64,000 bases of DNA. It comes from an uncultured Planctomycetales bacterium. Lineage in GTDB: Bacteria > Omnitrophota > Gorgyraeia > Zapsychrales > JBDRMG01. The stretch covers positions 1,980-65,979 of the forward strand of contig CAYZIY010000011.1 of assembly GCA_964478715.1 (NCBI GenBank), written 5' to 3'. The position numbers and the translations under genes were made by a program. Positions 1 through 9,801 of the stretch are shown piece after piece (the first letter of the stretch is position 1; each line of letters starts with the position of its first letter). The notes beneath the pieces are model-generated. The model was not told the DNA's origin and searched no databases. It saw only the letters and a program-made list of their open reading frames with translations.

Positions 1-72
1 AATAGCCAATTTGCTATATAGCTTAACGTATTCCTCATGCATTGTCAAGATAAAATCTCGCAGAACAAGTGG

Positions 73-2157
73 TCAGCTTAGGAATGTAGTGATGCTTCCC
101 GTAAAAGTAAGGGTCAATCGATGCATGGCGCGGGTACAGGCGATATAAAGCAGGCTTCTGTCCATAACGTTTGAATAATTGACATATGTGCCCTCGGGCA
201 CAATGACCCGGTCAAACTCCAGGCCCTTGGCCATGTGCGCGCAGCAGATAAGAACTCCCTGCCTGAAAACCGAACTATGCGAGGTTAATAGATGAATTTT
301 ATGGACGGATTGATGAAGACGTTCGTGTAATGTTTCCGCCTGTTTCTGGGTTTTGCAGATTATCCCAAGAGAGTGGTGGCCGGATTCCTGAAACTCGTTA
401 ATGATGTTTATTATCTTGGATATCTCATCTTCGGCGTTTTTGCAGGACAAAATACGCGGGGTTTCGCCTCTGCGTTCTATCGCCACAAGGTCATCGTTGG
501 GCTGAATCTTTTGCGCGAATTGGGTTATTTCATAGCTCGAGCGGTAGCTTTTACACAATTTCACACAGTCAGCTTCTTTAAAAACCTCATTGATTTTTTC
601 CGCGGATGACGAACTGAACGGATTAACCGATTGATTGGCATCTCCCAGGATCGTTTTTTTACAAGAAAATAATTCTGAAAGAACCGTATACTGAATCGGT
701 GTATAATCCTGCATCTCATCGATAAGCAGATGTTTCACGCCGCTATAGGGGCTTTCAATTCCTTCAAGCCGCATCTTAAGATAAATCAAGGGAAAGGCAT
801 CCGAATATTCAAAAACAGAATTCTTTATCGGCTTAAAGAGCTTGGGCCGCCCCATCCACGCGTAAAATTCTTTATAGGCACTTCGAAGAGTCGGCAGTGA
901 AAACATTTTTCTTACGGCTTTTTTTATTGCCGCGCGTTCTTGGGATGTAATATCGTAATGGTAACAAATTCCTATATTTTGCTCGATCTCCCCAGCGAGC
1001 TTATCTAAACGTTTAAAAACCGGCATGCCGCGCGCGTCGTTAAAACGTTCTTCCATAAACCATGAAGGCACCAGCCTGCCGTTGATGATTATATCCTTGG
1101 CATGAAAGCAGGTCTTATCAATATGACGGATATATTCATCCAGTTTCGATACAAATTCGACGGAGGATTTCTCCTGAATGCGCTTACGCAGTGCATCATC
1201 ATTCTTTTGTAGAAGCAAAGTGACCTGTTCAAAAAACGTCTGGAATTTATATTTGTACCCCAAAAGCTGATGTGCCAGTTTTTCCATCTCGATTTCAGGG
1301 ATATTTTCTTCACCCAGTTCCGGCAGGACGTTAGAGATATAGTCCGCAAAAACCTTGTTCGGCGAAAGAATAAGGATATCCTTTGAGGAAACAGTGTCTT
1401 TAAACCGGTAAAGCAGAAATGCGATGCGGTGAAGCGCGATGGAAGTCTTGCCCGATCCGGCCACTCCCTGGATGATTAACACCTGCGAATTTTCATTGCG
1501 GATAATGGCGTTCTGGTCGCGCTGAATGGTAGCGACAATGTTCTTCATCTTATCGTCGGAGGCGCGGCTCAGTTCTTCCTGCAGGATATCGTCATGGATA
1601 TTAAGAGCGCTCTCAAGCATAAACTCCATCTGGCCGTTACGGATACGGTATTGCCGCTTTAAAGTGATTTCACCCGAGACGGTTCCGTCCGGGGATTCGT
1701 AGCGGGCTTCTCCTGTTTCGTAATCATAAAACATGGTCGAAACCGGCGCGCGCCAGTCATAAATGAGATTTTTATTCTCATTCTCATCAAAGAAGGCGTG
1801 AATCCCGATATAAACCGGCAGGGATTGCGTTTTCCCTTGTTCGATAAAATCAAAACGCCCGAAATACGGTGAGGTTAGCAGCTTCTGGATGCGTTTTTGT
1901 TTGGCGAGCATTGCCTGTCCTGTCAGTACGGACATGTCGATAGACTGGCGCACCGATATTTTCTCGGCGTGGTCCATCCCGGTCTTATTTTCCCAGAGAA
2001 AGTTCTTGTGCTCCCTGATCTCGCGCGCGCGGCTTGCCACCTTATTGTGAATTTCAGCGAGCGCCCCATGGAGCATATTCTTCACTTCTTCCAAGAATTG
2101 TTTTTCGTCGGTTTCGGTTCTATTGATCATAACATTTTCAAAAGACGCGTTTTTCAT
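73..2157 (-). CDS. UvrD-family DNA helicase, HelD (helicase IV)-like
   Basis: Walker A GVAGSGKTS and DExx-like LLIDEMQD motifs; ~230-aa N-terminal domain with YFGRFDF motif typical of HelD. Confidence 0.7.
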   Translation of the reverse strand: MKNASFENVMINRTETDEKQFLEEVKNMLHGALAEIHNKVASRAREIREHKNFLWENKTGMDHAEKISVRQSIDMSVLTGQAMLAKQKRIQKLLTSPYFGRFDFIEQGKTQSLPVYIGIHAFFDENENKNLIYDWRAPVSTMFYDYETGEARYESPDGTVSGEITLKRQYRIRNGQMEFMLESALNIHDDILQEELSRASDDKMKNIVATIQRDQNAIIRNENSQVLIIQGVAGSGKTSIALHRIAFLLYRFKDTVSSKDILILSPNKVFADYISNVLPELGEENIPEIEMEKLAHQLLGYKYKFQTFFEQVTLLLQKNDDALRKRIQEKSSVEFVSKLDEYIRHIDKTCFHAKDIIINGRLVPSWFMEERFNDARGMPVFKRLDKLAGEIEQNIGICYHYDITSQERAAIKKAVRKMFSLPTLRSAYKEFYAWMGRPKLFKPIKNSVFEYSDAFPLIYLKMRLEGIESPYSGVKHLLIDEMQDYTPIQYTVLSELFSCKKTILGDANQSVNPFSSSSAEKINEVFKEADCVKLCKSYRSSYEITQFAQKIQPNDDLVAIERRGETPRILSCKNAEDEISKIINIINEFQESGHHSLGIICKTQKQAETLHERLHQSVHKIHLLTSHSSVFRQGVLICCAHMAKGLEFDRVIVPEGTYVNYSNVMDRSLLYIACTRAMHRLTLTFTGSITTFLS

Positions 2158-2204
2158 AACCGATATAGCGCTCCTATAATAAAAATAAAAACCCTGTGTA
2201 CAGA

Positions 2205-3656
2205 TTATTTGTTCATTCCCTTTATGAAGCTCCGTTTTAAGGAATCGCCCAGTCTTCCCTTTTTCAATTCCCCCCAGAGAGCGGCAACGAGCAAAACAGG
2301 TATTTCTAATACAAAAACAACGAGTTCCATGGGTGTAAAAAACTTTACAATAAAAATATTCTTAAAAAGTATTTTCAAAAAGCGTCCGGGCGTATAAAAC
2401 ATAAAGCGCATGCGCCGTCCTATTTTCTTTAATTTGGCATGGCTGTATTGATCCGAATATAATTCGCCGCGGTCGGTAATATGATAACCGGGTGTTTTCT
2501 GGGCAATTTCCCGAAGAGCTGAAAATTTTTCAATCCGCAGTTTATTAAAGGTAATTCCATCAACTCCTATTTCTTTCGCGAACTTTGGAATACACAACAT
2601 CTCCTCTTCCGTCTCACCGATATTGCCAAAAATAAAATAACCGTGAAAGTATATAGGAAATTGATTAAAGACCTTAAAAGCATCTCTGATCTGCTGTGAA
2701 GTAAATCCCTTATGAAACTGCTTTAAGATCCAGTCATGCGGAGACTCTATGCCTACCAGAAGAACTTTAAAACCAGCCTTAACCATTTTTTCTAATAACA
2801 CCGGATATTTGGCGATATCAATTCGGGTCTGGGCAATATAGCGTTTTTTGATTTTACGCTTGATGATTTCATCGCATAACCGCTCGGCCCGTTTCTTACT
2901 GGCAAACACCTCGTCATCCCCAAAAAGTATGACCCCGGCCTTTGAACTTTCGATTTCATCCACTACCGATGAGATATTGCGCTCAGAATACTTCCGTTTT
3001 TGTCCCAGCGGATTCATGTTAAAGGTGCAAAACTTACAGTTAAACGGACAGCCACGGGCTGTCAAAACCGAATCAAATGAAAGATTCGCCACGCCTACTC
3101 CGTGTAAACTTAGACGATAATCATAGCGCCTTAAACTCCTGTCGAAAGCAGGGATATCGCTAGCATTTTGAAAGGCACGAAAATCATTGTGAACCAGATT
3201 GCCGTTATCCCGAAAAGAAATGCCCAGTATGTCTTTTAGAGGCCTGCCTTCCAAAATCTCTTTTATTGTCGCCTCTCCCTCGCCGCGCACGACAATATCG
3301 ACGTTGGGACATTTTTCTAAAAGTTCAACCGCCCGTTCCGTTGCTTTGTATCCGCCGGCTACTAAGGTGATGTCGGCGGGCAGATGGTTTAACAGTCCGC
3401 AGATCTCCTCAAACTGCCTGTCCCAGGTAATACTTACACCGATAAAATCAATACCTTGCTCTTTAATAAAGGATAAAAGGTTGTCCGCCTCACAGAGCTT
3501 TGTCTCTTGCCTGAGGTCCATGATAGTGATTTTATCGATAAGTTCTTTGGCGCTAGTGGCAATATATTCCAGCCCCACAGGCGGATAAATACGCATGGCA
3601 CTCGTTGAACTGCTTTCACGGTATGGATTTAAAAATAAAGCGTGTTGATATCTCAT
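2205..3656 (-). CDS. B12-binding domain radical SAM protein
   Basis: N-terminal cobalamin-binding-like domain followed by CPFNCKFC (CxxxCxxC) radical SAM cluster motif. Confidence 0.65.
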   Translation of the reverse strand: MRYQHALFLNPYRESSSTSAMRIYPPVGLEYIATSAKELIDKITIMDLRQETKLCEADNLLSFIKEQGIDFIGVSITWDRQFEEICGLLNHLPADITLVAGGYKATERAVELLEKCPNVDIVVRGEGEATIKEILEGRPLKDILGISFRDNGNLVHNDFRAFQNASDIPAFDRSLRRYDYRLSLHGVGVANLSFDSVLTARGCPFNCKFCTFNMNPLGQKRKYSERNISSVVDEIESSKAGVILFGDDEVFASKKRAERLCDEIIKRKIKKRYIAQTRIDIAKYPVLLEKMVKAGFKVLLVGIESPHDWILKQFHKGFTSQQIRDAFKVFNQFPIYFHGYFIFGNIGETEEEMLCIPKFAKEIGVDGITFNKLRIEKFSALREIAQKTPGYHITDRGELYSDQYSHAKLKKIGRRMRFMFYTPGRFLKILFKNIFIVKFFTPMELVVFVLEIPVLLVAALWGELKKGRLGDSLKRSFIKGMNK

Positions 3657-3774
3657 GTGTTATTCACATATCCTTCCCATGTCATTGATGATAGATAGGC
3701 CGGGAATTGTAATGGCCGGAATCATCAACGTTGTTGTTAATAAAACCTGAATCCTTATGAAGCAGCAAGAACTG

Positions 3775-4758
3775 TCATATGTCCTGGTTTTGCGGGTACT
3801 TCTTTTTAAAAAGCCGCTGGGCAAGCATGGATATGTGCGAACGGCCTTTATCTCCGTCTTCAAGCGCGTTTATCCATCGCTCGGGAATCGCCGCAGCTCC
3901 GTGAAAAGCACCGGCCAGAGCTCCTGTCATCGCCCCGATGGTATCACTATCTCCTCCCAGGTTAACCGCGTATACAACAGCGTCCTCAAAACTTCCGGGA
4001 TGAGACAGAAATGAATAAAGCGCGGCAGGCCAGGAATGCAATGCCGTTACGTCATTGCCCAGCAAGCTAACGACTTCGCTTTCATCCGGGAACTTTCTCA
4101 GCAGCATTCTTACATTTTTTAACGCCTGATAGAAAATACGCCCTTGTTTAGAAACCGAATCAAAGAGCTCGGATAACGTTTCCGCCGGGTCGAAATCACG
4201 CGATACATGCCGCTTTTCTATCATAATGGCGATAACGCGGGCTTGCAAATAAGCGCCTTCACAGGCTACAGGATGGTAGTGCGTCACCCGGCTCTGCTCA
4301 TAAGACGCCCGCCTTAAAAGATCCGGTTTGTCCGAATAAAAGAGCCCTACGGGAGCCGAGCGCATAACAGAACCGTTTCCGTAAGACCCTCCGGGAAAAA
4401 CCGTTAAAGCCGCTTCATTGACGCCGGTTCCATTGCGAAGCAGATCAAGGATCCGCCGCGTGCCCGGGCCATATCCGCGCCATTGGTGAAAATTGTCTAA
4501 AAAAGACCGGGCCAAATCCTCTTTATCCACTTTTTCCATTCGGATAAGTGATTCGGCCAAAGCGATCATCATTTCAGTATCATCGGTATATGTTCCTCTG
4601 CCCGCGCGTGAATCGACCATATCTTCTAAAACCCCGTATTGATATTTGATCTGTTCAGCCGTCCAGCCTTCAACAGGCATGCCCAGCGCGTCCCCTGCGG
4701 CTGTCCCCAAAAGAGCGCCTTTAAAACAGTCCAGTGTTACCACGCGCGCCATGTTCAT
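3775..4758 (-). CDS. ADP-ribosylglycohydrolase family protein
   Basis: GDALGMPVEG N-terminal and GGDSDTIGAMTGALAGAFHG C-terminal metal-binding motifs of the ARH/DraG family. Confidence 0.7.
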   Translation of the reverse strand: MNMARVVTLDCFKGALLGTAAGDALGMPVEGWTAEQIKYQYGVLEDMVDSRAGRGTYTDDTEMMIALAESLIRMEKVDKEDLARSFLDNFHQWRGYGPGTRRILDLLRNGTGVNEAALTVFPGGSYGNGSVMRSAPVGLFYSDKPDLLRRASYEQSRVTHYHPVACEGAYLQARVIAIMIEKRHVSRDFDPAETLSELFDSVSKQGRIFYQALKNVRMLLRKFPDESEVVSLLGNDVTALHSWPAALYSFLSHPGSFEDAVVYAVNLGGDSDTIGAMTGALAGAFHGAAAIPERWINALEDGDKGRSHISMLAQRLFKKKYPQNQDI

Positions 4759-4759
4759 A

Positions 4760-4966
4760 TAAGGTCTTTGCTTCTCACGATATTTACGCCCACTTTATTC
4801 ATTTCATCAAAAGCACTGTCGATATCTTCTTCATGCCGATTGACCCCTTTGCAGGCATCTTCGATAAAAGTTGTTTCAGATCCTAATCGTGTCTGCGTTT
4901 TTAACCGCAAGCGCGCCACCCGGACAAGAATCATTTTTCAAATCAATCATGATAAGTGTTTTCATG
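4760..4966 (-). pseudogene. nicotinamidase/isochorismatase (pncA-like) relic with internal deletion
   Basis: Minus-strand N-terminal MKTLIMIDLKNDSCPGGALAV (PncA-like) ends at a stop after 29 codons; a different frame encodes C-terminal ...IEDACKGVNRHEEDIDSAFDEMNKVGVNIV (PncA DGC catalytic-Cys region and C-terminus); the middle ~130 aa are absent. Confidence 0.5.
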
Positions 4967-5031
4967 TTCCTTTACATCCTTTTAAGACGACAAAAGTATT
5001 TATACATTTTAATGTGTTTTCTTGAAACACC

Positions 5032-5730
5032 CTATTTCCGCGCGAAAAACAGCCAGTCGGTATGCTTTTCGTCATTGAGAAACTTATGCTTAAAGCACAC
5101 CGGCTCAATACGGACTTCAGGAAAAACTTCATCAAGGGCGCTGGCGAAGGCCGAATTTTTTGCGTACGACCACACGCCCAGCACTCCGCCTTCGGCTAAA
5201 TGTTTCTTTGCTTTTATAAGGCCCTCCCGCGTATAAAATTGCCTGCCTTTAGTATCCAGGCGTTCGTCGGGGGAATGGTCGACATCAATCAAAATCATAT
5301 CAAACTGCTTCTTCGGTATTTCGCTGAGCCTGGCGTAAATGTCTCCTTGGGCCACTCTCAACCGCCTATCAGCCTTAAGTTTACCGCCAAGCGGTATCAG
5401 CCCTCTCTCCATCCATCCGATCACCTGCTTTAAAAACTCCACAACCTCTACATGGTGAACCAGGTCACAGCGAAGCGATTCATAGGCGGTGTATCCCAAC
5501 CCAAGGCCACCGATCAGGAGATTCAATTCTTTTCCTTTGTGCATTTCGATAGCGATCGACGCCAGGGCGCGCTCGGAGTCTGTGTGATGACTGCTCATCA
5601 GAAATTCATGGTTAAGCGTAATCTCTGTCACGGTCGCCCCGAGCTCTTGAAGAAGGTTTCTCTTTCTTAAACATAACACTCCTAACGGCGTCTCTTCATA
5701 CGCGAGTATTGTTACGTTTGATGAATCCAT
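5032..5730 (-). CDS. spermidine/spermine synthase-like (polyamine aminopropyltransferase family) protein
   Basis: GGLGLGYTA and ILIDVDHSPDE motifs resembling the PABS methyltransferase-fold family. Confidence 0.5.
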   Translation of the reverse strand: MDSSNVTILAYEETPLGVLCLRKRNLLQELGATVTEITLNHEFLMSSHHTDSERALASIAIEMHKGKELNLLIGGLGLGYTAYESLRCDLVHHVEVVEFLKQVIGWMERGLIPLGGKLKADRRLRVAQGDIYARLSEIPKKQFDMILIDVDHSPDERLDTKGRQFYTREGLIKAKKHLAEGGVLGVWSYAKNSAFASALDEVFPEVRIEPVCFKHKFLNDEKHTDWLFFARK

Positions 5731-5823
5731 TTTCTACCCTATCTTTATCCTCGACAGAAAAATTTTTTAAAATACTTCTTCCGCGTTAAGCGCGTTTATC
5801 CTGACCGGAAAAATATCGACCAC

Positions 5824-7032
5824 TTACATCTGTTCATGCCTTTGCGCGGCAGGCAATTGCCTGCTTATAAAAACAGCGGCCAAAATGACGCCCATGGATC
5901 CGGCGCTGATAAACGTAAAATTAAATCCCTGATCCAGTAAGAATCCAAAGAATGCGGGGCTCAATGCTGTGCCAAATACCGTAATTGACGAAAGCGCGGC
6001 CCTTATGCCGCCTAAATTTCGCGTCCCGTACACTTCGGCCAAAAGCGCGGTACTCAGAGTACTGCTGAATCCGACCGAAACGCCTGTTAGTATAAAATAA
6101 ATGGGCGCGATGAGCGGATGGCTGAATATGGAAAGAACTAAAAGGCCAAGAGCGAAAGGAATCAAATAAAACGGGAAGACCGCCATAGCGGAAAACCTGT
6201 CGATCAATTTTCCTCCAACCAATGAAAAAACAGTCCGTCCGGCCGCGAATCCAAGGAATGAACCCGTAATCCACTTCACCGTCCATCCTTTCTCCTGCGC
6301 CAAAAGAAGCTGATAAAAAAACAAACCCGTTATTGTAGAAAACAATACAAAAGAATTAAACGCGATAATATAAAACCGCTTGTCCTTTAATAACCGCTGT
6401 CTGGAAAAAACAGGGATTTCGCCTGGCAGGCTCTCCTTTGGCCTTATCTGGATATTCTTATTCTTTAAAGCTGTTAAAATAAACGGAATCAAAATGAGAC
6501 TGACGAATGCGGCGCTAAGAAACAAAGATCCGCGCCAGCCGGCGTATAAAATCACCATGCCGATTGTGATCGGGAAAAAGGCCTCACCGGCTGAATACCC
6601 TAAAGCGGAAAGGCTTAAGGCCATGCCGCGCTTGGAATCGAAAAACCTTGAAATGGACGTTTGGGAAATATGCGTAAGCAGACCCTGCCCGGCAAGCCTG
6701 AGCCCCCAAAGCCCCAAAAATACTAAAACAGGATTGACGGAGAAACCTAGAAGCGAGCAGGAAGCCATCAAAAGAAAAACTGCCGCGAGGGTATAATCGC
6801 GCAGATGAACCTGATCTATGAATTTGCCGAGAAAAGCGAGAGTCAATCCGCTCATGATCGTGGCTGACCCGTATATCATCCCGAATGAAAAACTGCTTAA
6901 ATGAAATTCGTTCATAATATCCGGCACATACAGAGAAATCAGAAACGTCTGTCCAAAGCTGGAGAAGAGAGCCAAAGAGAATCCAAAGGAAATGAGTTTT
7001 TTATTGTTCAGGAAGAAGAAAAGGTATGACAT
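5824..7032 (-). CDS. MFS transporter
   Basis: ~12 predicted TM segments in two-halves architecture, 402 aa. Confidence 0.6.
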   Translation of the reverse strand: MSYLFFFLNNKKLISFGFSLALFSSFGQTFLISLYVPDIMNEFHLSSFSFGMIYGSATIMSGLTLAFLGKFIDQVHLRDYTLAAVFLLMASCSLLGFSVNPVLVFLGLWGLRLAGQGLLTHISQTSISRFFDSKRGMALSLSALGYSAGEAFFPITIGMVILYAGWRGSLFLSAAFVSLILIPFILTALKNKNIQIRPKESLPGEIPVFSRQRLLKDKRFYIIAFNSFVLFSTITGLFFYQLLLAQEKGWTVKWITGSFLGFAAGRTVFSLVGGKLIDRFSAMAVFPFYLIPFALGLLVLSIFSHPLIAPIYFILTGVSVGFSSTLSTALLAEVYGTRNLGGIRAALSSITVFGTALSPAFFGFLLDQGFNFTFISAGSMGVILAAVFISRQLPAAQRHEQM

Positions 7033-7042
7033 TTGCCGATCA

Positions 7043-8080
7043 TTATTCTCTTAAATTAGTTCGGGCGTGTAAATAATTTTCAATAATTTCCCCTATACGG
7101 CGGGCCGCAATCTTGTTTGCTTTTCTGTTAGGATGCGAGTCAGATCCCTCCACCCAAAGGTCGATGTCTTTCCGGCCGTAAAATGACGGGGTCAGATCAT
7201 ATGCCTCAATATCGTATGAAGAAAAAAATCTAAGCATAGTATCATGTATCGGATGAAATGGATGTTTTTCGTCGAGTTTATATAATTTGGGGTAAATCAC
7301 CACAATGAGTTTGAAATTCATGGCCTCCGACATTTTCTTAAAATCAAGAAACGCCTCTTTACACTCTTGAAGTTCTTTCGATTCCGTGCGATAAGGCGTA
7401 AAATATTCGTTTATTGTTGTTTTTGTGAGAATGTGTTTATAGTATGCTGTCCGTATCGTGGTCAACAGCCTTGAGGAATACCATTTCTTTTTCTGTTCAA
7501 TAATATTATCAAGCTCTCTTTTTAGGTCAACAGCGCCGCAATTAGAACAGACATCTGCCGCGCAGTCATTGATCAGGAAGCCTATAATTACCATATCGGG
7601 CTTATAGCGTGATGTGTATTTCCGAAAAAGATCATATTGGAATTGCGTGTCCGCTCCTGGCCGGCCCCCGTTTAAAATTTCTATATCATCCCATCCGGCT
7701 TCATGAAGATACTTTTCCGTCAGCTTTGGCCAGCTGCTGGCGTTGGTCAATTTAAAGCCATAGGTGAAAGAATCTCCCACGGCCAGTATCCGGAATTTTT
7801 CTGTCTGAAGAGGATATTCGGCATCCCGTAAACCCAGAGAGTTGCTTTCTCCTTCCAAGGTCATCCCGTTAAGCACGGATGTTCCAACATCCGATACCTC
7901 AACGTGATTCCAATTATTTGCTCTATCATTCTCTGCATAATGCCAATTGATTGCAATCGGCGCAAATTCAAAAAACCTTAAAATTATTTCTCCAACAAAA
8001 AAAGAAAAGACAAGCGACAAAACGACCAAAAAAGCATTATTGAAAACATATTTCTTATATTTTTTGTTATTCATATTCAT
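7043..8080 (-). CDS. SGNH/GDSL hydrolase family protein (N-terminal membrane anchor)
   Basis: ILAVGDSFTYGF block I motif; N-terminal hydrophobic helix. Confidence 0.6.
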   Translation of the reverse strand: MNMNNKKYKKYVFNNAFLVVLSLVFSFFVGEIILRFFEFAPIAINWHYAENDRANNWNHVEVSDVGTSVLNGMTLEGESNSLGLRDAEYPLQTEKFRILAVGDSFTYGFKLTNASSWPKLTEKYLHEAGWDDIEILNGGRPGADTQFQYDLFRKYTSRYKPDMVIIGFLINDCAADVCSNCGAVDLKRELDNIIEQKKKWYSSRLLTTIRTAYYKHILTKTTINEYFTPYRTESKELQECKEAFLDFKKMSEAMNFKLIVVIYPKLYKLDEKHPFHPIHDTMLRFFSSYDIEAYDLTPSFYGRKDIDLWVEGSDSHPNRKANKIAARRIGEIIENYLHARTNLRE

Positions 8081-8103
8081 GGGATAATAAAAAGGTTTTT
8101 TAA

Positions 8104-9045
8104 TTAAAATGATATATTAAAGGCTTCATTATTTATTCCTTTATATGCGTGTCCCTCTGCGTCGCAAGGATTGCAAAATCCGTAATCATGGCACAAAAAA
8201 TAATCCTGAGGCACATTAATATCTAAACCTTTCTGAAGAATATTCCCGAGCTTATCCGAATGCCCAGCATAAAGCTTGTAATGGCAGTTATATATGTCAC
8301 CGTTCGGAGCGAAGAGCACCTTGTGCATACGGCAGAATATATCCTGGCGCCCCCTCTGGCCGAAACCTTCTCTGTAGTCGCAATAATTTCGTATGCCGTC
8401 TTGCTGTTGATATTCTATACCACAGCCCGATTCATTAGGATAAAGCTTGTCTTTATCGTACCCTGTAAAGCGCTGAAGTTTTACAAGAGGATGCACGTTA
8501 CGCAATCTCTTCCTGTAGCTCTTGACATCTGCGCTATGTGCCGGATGGGCTACTATAAATACATTATGAGTGAAAAGTCCCGTTTTTTTAACTCTTTGAA
8601 GATTCTCGATGAATTTTTCGATTGGCATATAAAGAAAATGGTAGGAAAAATTAAATTTAAGCCAGTTTTTTCTTTTTATTTGCTTAAGCAGCGCGGCGTC
8701 TTTATAAAAAGGAGAGCACAGATTTGATGTTACCGTTATATTCCAATCGTTGTCCAGATTATTAATAATATACGCAAAATCGGGATGCAATGTCGGCTCA
8801 CCGCCCGTAATGGATATTTTTTTGCGTTTGGCTTGCCTTAGAAAACGTTTCTGGCGCCTGCCTTTCAGGCTATTTAACGATTCAACCCACTTTCTGCCGC
8901 TTATTATGGGATATTTCTTTGTGGGCACGGCCGGGGCCGTTATCTTTTGCACGCAGTACTCACAGCTTAAACTACAATTTAGATTTAAAAAAACTCCGTA
9001 ATAACTGTTAAATGTGTTATGAATCGTGCGCAAATTTTGTGACAT
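8104..9045 (-). CDS. radical SAM protein with Cys-rich C-terminal (twitch/SPASM-like) region
   Basis: NLNCSLSCEYC (Cx3Cx2C); C-terminal CHDYGFCNPC and additional Cys. Confidence 0.55.
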   Translation of the reverse strand: MSQNLRTIHNTFNSYYGVFLNLNCSLSCEYCVQKITAPAVPTKKYPIISGRKWVESLNSLKGRRQKRFLRQAKRKKISITGGEPTLHPDFAYIINNLDNDWNITVTSNLCSPFYKDAALLKQIKRKNWLKFNFSYHFLYMPIEKFIENLQRVKKTGLFTHNVFIVAHPAHSADVKSYRKRLRNVHPLVKLQRFTGYDKDKLYPNESGCGIEYQQQDGIRNYCDYREGFGQRGRQDIFCRMHKVLFAPNGDIYNCHYKLYAGHSDKLGNILQKGLDINVPQDYFLCHDYGFCNPCDAEGHAYKGINNEAFNISF

Positions 9046-9123
9046 AGATTACCTTTTTCAAGAATAACTGTCTGCGGCCAACATTTCTTAACAAAAATCG
9101 ATTAGTTTCGCTTCGCGCGTTTT

Positions 9124-9801
9124 CTATCCAAAATACTGCGCTAATCTTCCCTCAAATCTTAAAGCAGAAAAACCAAACTGAGATTTAATCTTTGCGAGGG
9201 TGCTTTTTTGATAAAAAAATACGTGTGTGGGGTCATTTTTATAATACCATCTTTCGAAATCAGTATTCTCTGAAAATAAATCAGTCATGCAAAACAACAC
9301 GCCCGTGGATTTTAAAAGAGACCGCAGGCGTTTAAACTCTTTCGCGGGCGAATGAAAATGCTCGATCACTTCACAGCAAATAATAAAATCATACTTCAGC
9401 TCAAGAGCCGCGGGATTGTTCCAAAAATACGGGTCGTATAACTCAATGGAATATCCTTTATCCCGAAGAAGCTTGGCGGCAACCGGTCCTGTCCCCGCGC
9501 CGTAATCCAGCCCCTTGCGCTCTTTGCCGAACATCTTTTGCACCCTATAAGTAATGGGTTCAACAAATTTCTGGTACCCGGGATCATCGACATTGTTGTT
9601 ATGTTCCTCGTATCTTCTCTTCTCGGACTCCGGTGGAATAAAGCGCGTCCGGTCCAAAAACACCCCCAAACAGCACTCACACTGATGATATGTTCTGTTA
9701 GGTATTTCAAGAAAAGAGTTCGCGGGCCCCCCGCACAGAGGGCATTGGGCTGATGGAATTTTCTCTTTGTCCCTGGTGACAATATTATCGGGTTCTCGCA
9801 T
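9124..9801 (-). CDS. class I SAM-dependent methyltransferase with N-terminal zinc ribbon
   Basis: CPLCGG...CECC ribbon then DYGAGTG SAM-binding motif; start moved to internal Met to limit overlap with prfC. Confidence 0.55.
   Translation of the reverse strand: MREPDNIVTRDKEKIPSAQCPLCGGPANSFLEIPNRTYHQCECCLGVFLDRTRFIPPESEKRRYEEHNNNVDDPGYQKFVEPITYRVQKMFGKERKGLDYGAGTGPVAAKLLRDKGYSIELYDPYFWNNPAALELKYDFIICCEVIEHFHSPAKEFKRLRSLLKSTGVLFCMTDLFSENTDFERWYYKNDPTHVFFYQKSTLAKIKSQFGFSALRFEGRLAQYFG

Noticed and set aside
3657-3774. 8-bp-stem inverted repeat (ttgatgat...atcatcaa) between the radical SAM and ADP-ribosylglycohydrolase genes as a terminator
   Set aside because: No U-tract follows on the transcribed strand. 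It may be a weak structural element only.
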